Source: an uncultured bacterium
GTDB taxonomy: Bacteria; Fidelibacterota; Fidelibacteria; Fidelibacterales; Fidelibacteraceae
Assembly: GCA_964395205.1 (NCBI GenBank)
Contig: CAYNBL010000001.1
Location: 10,113 to 74,112, forward strand
Length of the DNA stretch: 64,000 bases
Direction: 5' to 3'
Part shown: positions 9,480 to 17,637 of the stretch, piece after piece
Layout of the letters: every line of letters begins with the position of its first letter
Position numbering within the stretch: position 1 is the first letter of the stretch
Program-made: the position numbers and the translations under genes
The notes under the pieces: model-generated
What the model was told of the DNA's origin: nothing
Seen by the model: only the letters and a program-made list of their open reading frames with translations
Database searches by the model: none

Positions 9480-10724
9480 TTATTTCACTAATTTGGTTTT
9501 GATGTTATCCATAAGACATATTGGACAACTCAGTTGCATGCCCTGCGAACAATAGTGGTCGCGAATATTTAAAGCACCCTGTGAGATCAACCAGTTGTTT
9601 TGTCTTTTATCTTTTTCACAAATTCCATGCTGGTCGTGAAAGCGCTTAACCGTGCCATAAACCTGTTTAATTGTGCAATTTTCAATTTCTTTTCTTATCA
9701 GGGAATATGTCGGTTCTTTGTCTTTTTTATCTTTACGCATTGCTTCCATTAGAGGTAAAACTGTATTCATGAGTATTTCTTTCTGCAATCCGGTGCCCGG
9801 GGAATTGATTCCGGGTAAACTAAAAAGCGTAAAGTACAATGCATTAATAGTTTCTTTTTGATGAAATGTTTCATAAAGAATGTCAGAAAGTGACGCGCGA
9901 TAGTATGTGGTCATTAACTTTCCAAGCCATGCAACGCGCTTCTCTGGAAAATGAGCGGGCCGCGTGCGAGAACGGGTCCAACGGATATCCTTTTTATCTG
10001 ATTCCCCGGGAAAAAATCCCGCGAGATCATTCAACATTGGTATGATATCACGTCCGTCCATAAGCTCATCACAATATGCAGCCCACGGGAAAAGAACAAA
10101 CAATTTTATCATGTTCTCTTCATTATATCTATAGCCACATGCTTTGAACAGCCCCCAGTATAGCATCACGTCACTTGGGAAACGCAGACGATTATCATAA
10201 AAATAGCGTACTTTTTTATTTACTCTTTCCCAGCCTTGCTTTTGTAATATGCTGAAATATGTTTCTTTATCGGCAGTAAAAATGCGGCATGAGCCCGGAG
10301 GCTCAATATCTAAAACCTCTTCAAGCGATATGTAACAAGCCGGCAACAAGTTCCCCGCCTCACAACGTGCGCCGGCGGAACCGCCGGGATGATGAAAAAC
10401 AACATGAAGGATACACTGATTGTATGCAGGGTCCATGTTATGTTTGTGCGCATACCAATCAGACGCACGATGATGTAATTCAATATCTCCGTTCAACAAT
10501 TTTCCATCCAGCATCATCCTTGCGTCCAAAAAATCGGGGCCGTCGCTATGATTGTGTCGACCCGGGCTTAATATTCTTATCGTTCTTCCCCTTGAATCGT
10601 AACGCATTTGTTTCCAAAGGGAATTTTTCCATGCGTGCTGAAGCCTTAACTCGGAAATATAGATCGCGCGCGGCTCAAACAATTCCAAATATGGTGTAAA
10701 TGATGTGCGATATGTCGTCCTCAT
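9480..10724 (-). CDS. DUF2851-family protein (conserved, function unknown)
   Basis: 414 aa with His-rich motifs GDIELHHRASDWYAHKH and ILHVVFHH. The size and motifs fit my memory of the Bacteroidota-typical DUF2851 family. This was not verified by a search. Confidence 0.55.
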   Translation of the reverse strand: MRTTYRTSFTPYLELFEPRAIYISELRLQHAWKNSLWKQMRYDSRGRTIRILSPGRHNHSDGPDFLDARMMLDGKLLNGDIELHHRASDWYAHKHNMDPAYNQCILHVVFHHPGGSAGARCEAGNLLPACYISLEEVLDIEPPGSCRIFTADKETYFSILQKQGWERVNKKVRYFYDNRLRFPSDVMLYWGLFKACGYRYNEENMIKLFVLFPWAAYCDELMDGRDIIPMLNDLAGFFPGESDKKDIRWTRSRTRPAHFPEKRVAWLGKLMTTYYRASLSDILYETFHQKETINALYFTLFSLPGINSPGTGLQKEILMNTVLPLMEAMRKDKKDKEPTYSLIRKEIENCTIKQVYGTVKRFHDQHGICEKDKRQNNWLISQGALNIRDHYCSQGMQLSCPICLMDNIKTKLVK

Positions 10725-10775
10725 TAACGTAAATGTAAGCCTAATTATGCTTTCTTTAAAGTGGAATTTTTATGC

Positions 10776-10791
10776 TGTGATGTGTATCACA
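10776..10791. promoter_or_regulatory. Perfect CRP/FNR-type palindrome TGTGA-N6-TCACA
   Basis: TGTGATGTGTATCACA lies 52 bp upstream of the DUF2851 start codon and 69 bp downstream of the Crp/Fnr gene stop. Confidence 0.5.
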
Positions 10792-10859
10792 AATACGGGT
10801 AAGAAGCTGACGGATATGTTTCTTTTAAATGATTATAAAGATTTTTTGAATTTATTTCT

Positions 10860-11534
10860 TTAATGAATGAAATCTTCTAGTTTATCTCTATCCAAAACGC
10901 ATACCTTCTTCCCTTGGGCACAGATGATCTTGCTTTGATCGAGTTCTCTAAAGGCTCTTGTCAGGGCGGGTCGCGTCACGCCAAACAGATCTGCCAATTT
11001 ATCCTGAGAATAGGGAAGGTTAATGGTGTTTAGTAATCTTCCTCTGGTTCGCCTCAATAAGTAATCTGCTATTTTACCCTTTATTGGTTGAAGTGTCAGG
11101 AATTTTATCTTGTTAGACAAGAATTGGGCTTTTCCGGAAATTATATCAAGAAAATTATTTTGTGCTGCCGGACTTATTTGGAGTAATTTTGAAAACGAAA
11201 ATTTAGTGATAAAAATACACTCTGTTTCTTTGTTTGCAATGATATCAACGGGGTAATGATTGTCTACTCCAAACAAAAAGGCGGGGGCAAGCAATTGGCG
11301 ACCTTCGATATCTTCAATTTTGACGACTTTTCCGGTGTAATTGGTCATTTCTCCTCGAACACTACCTCCGAGCATGATATATTGACCTAAAACAATATCC
11401 CCATCCAAGGCTATTACGTCGTTTTTTTTGTAAGTTGATTTTTTGTAACTGATTTCTTGTAGAAGCTCACGGATAATGGGGTCTTCTACACCCTTGAACA
11501 ACCTATTGCTCGAGAGATTTTCACATATGTTCAT
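10860..11534 (-). CDS. Crp/Fnr-family transcriptional regulator (HcpR-like by divergent linkage to hcp)
   Basis: 224 aa with an N-terminal cNMP-binding-like beta-barrel and a C-terminal HTH (SQDKLADLFGVTRPALTRAFRELD). It is divergently transcribed from hcp. Confidence 0.85.
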   Translation of the reverse strand: MNICENLSSNRLFKGVEDPIIRELLQEISYKKSTYKKNDVIALDGDIVLGQYIMLGGSVRGEMTNYTGKVVKIEDIEGRQLLAPAFLFGVDNHYPVDIIANKETECIFITKFSFSKLLQISPAAQNNFLDIISGKAQFLSNKIKFLTLQPIKGKIADYLLRRTRGRLLNTINLPYSQDKLADLFGVTRPALTRAFRELDQSKIICAQGKKVCVLDRDKLEDFIH

Positions 11535-11558
11535 AATATCTCCAATAAATTGAATTTT

Positions 11559-11574
11559 GGTAATATATGTTACC
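11559..11574. promoter_or_regulatory. Candidate HcpR/FNR-type operator GGTAA-N6-TTACC in the regulator-hcp divergent region
   Basis: GGTAATATATGTTACC is an imperfect 16-bp palindrome with a GTAA-N6-TTAC core. A CATAAT -10-like hexamer at 11595-11600 would place the site centre near -41, which is class II activator geometry. Confidence 0.45.
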
Positions 11575-11663
11575 GATAAATATACGTCTTTTTACATAAT
11601 TTCTTGAGATAATTTAAATGAGTAACTAATTCTGGGCTTCCCGGGATACAAAAGGAAATTATT

Positions 11664-13310
11664 ATGAGTATGTTTTGTTTTCAGTGTCAGGAAACTGCCA
11701 AGGGTAGCGGATGTACGATAGTGGGTGTTTGCGGTAAAACATCGGATGTCTCAAATCTGCAAGATCTATTGATTTATGCAACAAAGGGTGTATCTTTTCT
11801 TGCCAATATTGGTAGAAAAGAAAATCTTATCATAGCAAAAGCAGATAAATTTGTTTTTGAATCTTTGTTCACAACCATCACTAATGCAAATTTTGACCAA
11901 ACTAAAATCCTGTCCAAAATATACGAAGGTTTTACGGTCCGTGATTTTGTTTTTGATGCACTTTCTGCTAATGGGATTTCTTTACCGGAAGATATGCCCG
12001 ATAGCACTAACTGGAAAGCTGATGATGATGAAACGCTTCTTGCCTATAGTGAACTTGTCGGCGTGCTTCGAGAAGGCAATGAAGATATTCGTTCATTAAA
12101 AGAATTGCTGACCTACGGACTTAAGGGAATGGCCGCATACGCCGAACATGCCTATACCCTTGGTTATAAAAATGATGATGTCTTCTCGTTTATGCATCGT
12201 GGTCTTGCTGCCACCGAAGATAAAACACTTAGTGTTGATGAGCTGGTTGCTCTCGTTCTTGAATGTGGAAAATATGGCGTTGACGTAATGGCGCTTCTAG
12301 ATCAGGCAAACACGGAAAGTTATGGCAATCCGGAGATTACATCTGTTAATATCGGTGTTCGGAAAAATCCCGCAATTCTTATTAGTGGACATGATCTCAA
12401 AGACATGGAAGAACTATTGAAACAAACCGAAGGGTCCGGTGTGGACGTTTATACCCATAGTGAAATGTTGCCGGCGAATTATTATCCCGCTTTTAAAAAA
12501 CATGAGCATTTTGTGGGCAACTATGGCAATGCCTGGTGGAAACAAAAGCAAGAATTCGAAAGTTTTAATGGGCCGGTTTTGTTCACGACCAACTGTATCG
12601 TTCCTCCCAAGTCATCTTATATTGACAGAATTTATACGACCGGGTCTTCTGGGTTTGAGGGCTGTGTTCACATTGCCGATCGCGAACATGGTCAGCCAAA
12701 AGATTTCTCTGTTATTATAGACCATGCAAAACGCTGTGCTTCACCGATCGAAATTGAGACGGGTGTGATCGTGGGCGGATTTGCTCATAATCAAGTGCTG
12801 GCTTTAGCCGACAAGATTGTTGCCGCCGTTAAATCTGGGGCTATTCGAAAATTCCTTGTTATGGCAGGATGTGATGGACGCATGAAAGATCGGGATTATT
12901 ATACTGAGTTTGCGGAAAAGCTACCCAAAGACACGGTTATTTTAACTGCCGGATGTGCAAAATATCGTTACAACAAATTGCCCCTTGGTGACATTGGTGG
13001 GATTCCACGCGTGCTGGATGCGGGTCAGTGTAATGACTCTTACTCACTTGCCGTTATTGCGCTAAAATTAAAAGAAATATTTGAGTTAAACGATATTAAT
13101 GAATTACCTATTGCATACAATATTGCATGGTATGAACAAAAAGCAGTCATTGTTTTATTGGCATTATTGGCACTTGGCGTCAAGAATATACATCTCGGCC
13201 CGACCTTGCCTGCCTTTCTTTCTCCCAACGTGATTAATGTTCTGGTTGAAAAATTTGGGATCAGCGGAATTGGAACCGTTGATGAAGATATCGAAATATT
13301 ATTGGCATAA
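11664..13310 (+). CDS. hcp: Hybrid cluster protein / hydroxylamine reductase
   Basis: 548 aa. The N-terminal Cys cluster [23 protein letters not shown] and conserved downstream Cys/His ligands (..AGCDGR.., ..TAGCAKYR.., ..[10 protein letters not shown]..) are present. Confidence 0.95.
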   Translation: MSMFCFQCQETAKGSGCTIVGVCGKTSDVSNLQDLLIYATKGVSFLANIGRKENLIIAKADKFVFESLFTTITNANFDQTKILSKIYEGFTVRDFVFDALSANGISLPEDMPDSTNWKADDDETLLAYSELVGVLREGNEDIRSLKELLTYGLKGMAAYAEHAYTLGYKNDDVFSFMHRGLAATEDKTLSVDELVALVLECGKYGVDVMALLDQANTESYGNPEITSVNIGVRKNPAILISGHDLKDMEELLKQTEGSGVDVYTHSEMLPANYYPAFKKHEHFVGNYGNAWWKQKQEFESFNGPVLFTTNCIVPPKSSYIDRIYTTGSSGFEGCVHIADREHGQPKDFSVIIDHAKRCASPIEIETGVIVGGFAHNQVLALADKIVAAVKSGAIRKFLVMAGCDGRMKDRDYYTEFAEKLPKDTVILTAGCAKYRYNKLPLGDIGGIPRVLDAGQCNDSYSLAVIALKLKEIFELNDINELPIAYNIAWYEQKAVIVLLALLALGVKNIHLGPTLPAFLSPNVINVLVEKFGISGIGTVDEDIEILLA

Positions 13311-13340
13311 GGTAACACAAACCCGCCAATCCTTAATATA

Positions 13341-13378
13341 TGAAGGGGCTCAGCATGTTGAGCCCCTTCATTATTTGG
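13341..13378 (+). terminator. Rho-independent terminator after hcp
   Basis: The stem TGAAGGGGCTCA/TGAGCCCCTTCA (12 bp) is followed by a TTATTT run. Confidence 0.75.
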
Positions 13379-13556
13379 TAAAAAAGTTTTGGTAATTGTT
13401 GGGGGTCTGTGAAAAATTCTATTTTCAACCAAACTTGCTGTTTGTAAATTCACATTGTTCTTAAAATTTGGTTCTTGAATCTTTTTCTTTGTGCTTTTGC
13501 CTTTGTACTTTGCACTTTTCTTTGTAAAATACTTGCTATTTGGGAGTTTTTAAAAA

Positions 13557-14582
13557 ATGGCAAATGGTGGGAATATGAATAGACAATGGAAAGAGCTGGA
13601 ACAGCGCGTACAATTCGCTTCCTCTTTTGTGATCACAACCCATCAAAATCCTGATGCAGATGGGATTGGGTCTGAGCTTGCTCTTTATTACATTTTAAAA
13701 AAACTAGGCAAAGAAGTTTTTGTATTCAATATTTCACCCACACCTGAAAGCTTGGGATTTTTAGATCCCGATCAAATTTGCCAACGTTATGTTCCTTCTT
13801 TGCATCAATCTTTATTGTCACGAGTAGATATGGTTTTTGTGTTGGACGCGGGATCATTTTTACGCGTTGGTCAATTGGGACATGATGCGGTTGACGCAAA
13901 ACGCCCCATTATTGCGATAGACCATCATCCAAAAGAAAATAATCCTTTATATTTGCAGGAAATTGTCAACGATAAGGATTGCTCTGTTGGAAAATTAATG
14001 TATGAATTTATCCGATACTGCTATCCCCAGCACATGGATCGCAAAATTGCCACTGCTTTATATACTGCTATTGCTGGCGATACGGGTAACTTTCGCTTTG
14101 GCAATACAACAAAGTATTCTCATCAGGTTGCCTCAGAGTTGATGCAATATGATATTAACGTATATCGTACTTATATCAATCTTTTTGGTAATATTTCTCG
14201 TTCGGGTGTCCGGCTATTCTCATTAATTATGAAAAATATTCACTTTTCAGAGGGTGGGCGAATCGTTTGGTTTGTTATTACGCGACAAATGCTCGCCGAT
14301 AATGATGCCGGCGATACGGACACTGAAGGAATAACAGATTTTATGCGCATGATCGATGGGGTTGAAGTTGCCATCATGTTTAAGGAACGTTTAGATGGTT
14401 CAACGCGTATCAATTTCCGCTCTAAGGGAACTGTTGCAACCAATGCCATCGCTCGTAATTTTGGCGGGGGTGGACACAAACATGCAAGTGGGATTGTTAG
14501 CGAGCGTTTATTGAATGACATTTTCCCTGAAGTATTGGATGCCATGATAAAACAAGTCAAAGAGACCTATAATGAAGATTGA
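13557..14582 (+). CDS. nrnA: DHH/DHHA1 phosphoesterase, NrnA-type oligoribonuclease/pAp phosphatase
   Basis: Contains the motifs HQNPDADGIGS, DHH (AIDHHP) and the DHHA1 motif GGGGHKHASG. Confidence 0.85.
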   Translation: MANGGNMNRQWKELEQRVQFASSFVITTHQNPDADGIGSELALYYILKKLGKEVFVFNISPTPESLGFLDPDQICQRYVPSLHQSLLSRVDMVFVLDAGSFLRVGQLGHDAVDAKRPIIAIDHHPKENNPLYLQEIVNDKDCSVGKLMYEFIRYCYPQHMDRKIATALYTAIAGDTGNFRFGNTTKYSHQVASELMQYDINVYRTYINLFGNISRSGVRLFSLIMKNIHFSEGGRIVWFVITRQMLADNDAGDTDTEGITDFMRMIDGVEVAIMFKERLDGSTRINFRSKGTVATNAIARNFGGGGHKHASGIVSERLLNDIFPEVLDAMIKQVKETYNED

Positions 14583-15417
14583 AATAGCTCAACATTGTGG
14601 TTTTTGCAGCGGTGTAAAAAACGCCGTTCAACTTGCTCAAAATTCACTTGAAAAACAAGGGAAAGTAGCTATACTGGGTGACCTCGTTCATAATAAGGTC
14701 GTCATGGATGAATTGAAAGAAAAGGGCATGGTTTTTGTTGATTCCCTGGATAAGATTGAAGATATGCCATTGCTTTTGCGAGCTCATGGAACAGACGTTA
14801 ATATTGTTCACACGGCAAAAGAAATGGGCTTGAATATTATAGATGCTACCTGTCCTCTTGTACAAAAGATACATAAATGTGCTCTCGCGTTGGAAAATGA
14901 GGGCCGACAGGTTATTGTTATCGGTGACCGTGAACATGATGAGGTTATTGGCATAGTTTCTCGCTTGCACGATCCTTGTATTATTGAGTCACCTGAAAAT
15001 ATTGGATCATGCAATCTAAAACAGCGTACAGGCGTAGTAATTCAGAGCACCCAGCGCATCGAAAATGTTCAAAATATTTTACCGCTTTTATTGACAAGGT
15101 CACGTGATTGCCGTATCATTAATACGATATGTGAACCTACCCGCCGAAATCAAACTGAAATACTTTCACTTGCCGAAAATAACGATTGTGTTATTGTGAT
15201 CGGTGATCCCGCTTCCGCAAATTCAAAGCGCTTATATGACGTTGCTCTTTCCTTGAATGAAAACGCATACATGGTAGCAGGCAAAAATGAGATCAACCCT
15301 GCCTGGCTCAAGGACTGTGCTTCGCTGGGCATCACTGCCGGCGCCAGTACGCCCGAAAAACTAATAGATGAAATAGTTGCTTACATAAAAATTTTAACCG
15401 GAGATATAAAGAAATGA
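14572..15417 (+). CDS. ispH: 4-hydroxy-3-methylbut-2-enyl diphosphate reductase
   Basis: 281 aa with the three cluster Cys contexts [16 protein letters not shown] and TICEPT, plus HNKVV and a C-terminal ITAGASTPE. Confidence 0.93.
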   Translation: MKIEIAQHCGFCSGVKNAVQLAQNSLEKQGKVAILGDLVHNKVVMDELKEKGMVFVDSLDKIEDMPLLLRAHGTDVNIVHTAKEMGLNIIDATCPLVQKIHKCALALENEGRQVIVIGDREHDEVIGIVSRLHDPCIIESPENIGSCNLKQRTGVVIQSTQRIENVQNILPLLLTRSRDCRIINTICEPTRRNQTEILSLAENNDCVIVIGDPASANSKRLYDVALSLNENAYMVAGKNEINPAWLKDCASLGITAGASTPEKLIDEIVAYIKILTGDIKK

Positions 15418-16295
15418 AAAAAGGTACTTTTGAGGTAAAGGTCGGCTTGGCTGAAATGCTTAAAGGCGGCGTCATTATGGATGTAACGAATGTGGATCAG
15501 GCAAAGATCGCCGAAGATGCGGGTGCATCATCGGTTATGGCACTTGAACGTATTCCAGCCGATATTCGCGCACACGGTGGAATCTCTCGAATGAGTAATC
15601 CTGAAATGATCCTCAAGATCAAAGAAGCTGTCTCTATTCCCGTAATGGCAAAATGTCGTATTGGGCATTTCGCTGAAGCTCAGATCCTTCAGGAAATCGG
15701 CGTAGACTTTATTGATGAATCTGAAGTTTTAACACCGGCCGATGAAGAAAACCATATTTGGAAACAAGATTTCAACGTTCCTTTTGTCTGTGGATGCCGT
15801 AATCTTGGCGAAGCACTTCGTCGCATTGGTGAAGGCGCTGCAATGATCCGTACAAAGGGTGAACCCGGCACCGGCGATATTGTTGAAGCGGTTCGCCACA
15901 TGCGTGGAGTAACTGCCGAGATCCGCCGCATAAGCACTTTAAATAAAAGCGAATTGATGGCAGCTGCCAAGATACTTGGCGCCCCTTTTGCCCTGGTTGA
16001 ATGGGTTGCACAGAACGGTAAATTACCCGTTCCTAATTTTGCTGCCGGAGGCATTGCCACTCCTGCTGATGCTTCTCTTATGATGCAACTTGGCGCAGAA
16101 GCCGTTTTTGTCGGTTCTGGTATCTTTAAATCGGATGATCCGAGACCGCGCGCCGAAGCTATTGTAAAATCTGTAACACACTATCAGGATCCTGCTGTTT
16201 TGGCTGAGGTTTCAAAAGGCTTGAAAGAAGCAATGGTCGGTATTTCCGCCGTGGCTTTAGATGAAGATGAAAAAATGGCCAAACGCGGTTGGTAA
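15414..16295 (+). CDS. pdxS: Pyridoxal 5'-phosphate synthase lyase subunit
   Basis: 293 aa with GGVIMDV, AVMALERVPADIR-like [13 protein letters not shown], and FVGSGIFKS. Confidence 0.97.
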   Translation: MKKGTFEVKVGLAEMLKGGVIMDVTNVDQAKIAEDAGASSVMALERIPADIRAHGGISRMSNPEMILKIKEAVSIPVMAKCRIGHFAEAQILQEIGVDFIDESEVLTPADEENHIWKQDFNVPFVCGCRNLGEALRRIGEGAAMIRTKGEPGTGDIVEAVRHMRGVTAEIRRISTLNKSELMAAAKILGAPFALVEWVAQNGKLPVPNFAAGGIATPADASLMMQLGAEAVFVGSGIFKSDDPRPRAEAIVKSVTHYQDPAVLAEVSKGLKEAMVGISAVALDEDEKMAKRGW

Positions 16296-16309
16296 GCACC
16301 GGAGAGTAA

Positions 16310-16909
16310 ATGTCTGAATTGAATATTGGTGTTTTGGGAATCCAGGGTGCTTATGAAAAACACGCGTTTTCCCTTACCCTTACCGGTGCAAAAGCTGTGA
16401 TTATCAAATACCGGGAACAACTTGATCAAATCGACGGTTTGATTTTACCCGGCGGTGAGTCAACAACCATGTCAAAAATGATGGGCTTCCGTATCGGCTA
16501 CGAAGATATTATGGCTTTTGCCCGAAAAAAACCCGTTTTTGGCACCTGTGCCGGTTTGATCTTGCTGGGAAAGGGCGTTGATGACCCCCGTGTTCATCAG
16601 CTTGAATTAATGGATGTTACCGTTGCCCGTAATGCTTACGGCTCACAAAAAGATTCGTTTGTTGACGATCTTATACTTGAATTTGACCCGGACAATCCTT
16701 TTCATGCTGTGTTTATAAGGGCACCCCAAATTGAAAACATAGGAAAAGATATCCACATTCTAGCAACATGCAACAATACCCCGGTATTAATCGAATCTGA
16801 ACTTTATCTTGGAACAAGTTTTCATCCGGAATTAACACCCGATCCACGTATACATGAATATTTTATTAATAAAACCAGAGAGGTAAAAAATGGTAAAAGG
16901 CGCACATAG
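16310..16909 (+). CDS. pdxT: Pyridoxal 5'-phosphate synthase glutaminase subunit
   Basis: 199 aa class I amidotransferase with GLILPGGESTT, the nucleophile motif GTCAG, and FHPE. Confidence 0.95.
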   Translation: MSELNIGVLGIQGAYEKHAFSLTLTGAKAVIIKYREQLDQIDGLILPGGESTTMSKMMGFRIGYEDIMAFARKKPVFGTCAGLILLGKGVDDPRVHQLELMDVTVARNAYGSQKDSFVDDLILEFDPDNPFHAVFIRAPQIENIGKDIHILATCNNTPVLIESELYLGTSFHPELTPDPRIHEYFINKTREVKNGKRRT

Positions 16910-17609
16910 ACATAACATTTTTCGTATTGTCCTCGCTTTGGTATTCGTATCTTTTGGTTTAGTAGCCCTTGGAAACAATCTTGGGTGGTGGAATATTGAC
17001 GATCTCTTCCTTGAATGGTGGCCAATGATCCTTGTGTTGATTGGGTTGGTTACGGTCTTTTCTCCGGGTGGATCCTGGGGTGGTGGGATCTTTCTAATCT
17101 TCCTTGGGGGTTTATTCCTCTTGCATTCTCATGGTATTTATGATATTTCCGAGCTTATTTGGCCGGCAATGCTTGTGATGGTTGGTGTCATGGTATGGCC
17201 AAGAAAACACTCGCATTCAAAAAATGATAACTCGGAAGAACAGGGTTATGCTGGAACTTATCATGCAACAAATGCAGACCATGTTTTCAATATCAACACG
17301 CTTTTTAATTCTCGGCGTGAAGTTATACGTGACAATTCTTTGGCAGGCGGTCACGGAACGACTGTTTTTGGGAATTTGGATCTTGATCTACGTGGAGCAA
17401 ATCCAAAAGAAAATATTTATATTGAAGTAACGGCTGTTTTTGGAAATGTAAGCTTAATGGTTCCCACTGATTGGAAAATAATCAAACATGGCGGTCCCGT
17501 ATTTGGAAGAGTTGATGACAAACGAATAAATGTTCCCGAAACCGGTTTTGCAAAAACAGTTACGATCGAAATGAATGCTGTTTTCGGAAGAGTGGATTTA
17601 CTCAACTAA
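16890..17609 (+). CDS. LiaF-like membrane protein (LiaI-LiaF-like TM region plus DUF2154-type C-terminal domain)
   Basis: Four Gly/Trp-rich TM helices are followed by a beta-rich C-terminus with paired segments (TVFGNLDLDLR / AVFGNVSLMVP / AVFGRVDLL). Confidence 0.55.
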   Translation: MVKGAHRHNIFRIVLALVFVSFGLVALGNNLGWWNIDDLFLEWWPMILVLIGLVTVFSPGGSWGGGIFLIFLGGLFLLHSHGIYDISELIWPAMLVMVGVMVWPRKHSHSKNDNSEEQGYAGTYHATNADHVFNINTLFNSRREVIRDNSLAGGHGTTVFGNLDLDLRGANPKENIYIEVTAVFGNVSLMVPTDWKIIKHGGPVFGRVDDKRINVPETGFAKTVTIEMNAVFGRVDLLN

Positions 17610-17637
17610 CATATTAATTTAAGTGTAAAGTTTTATC

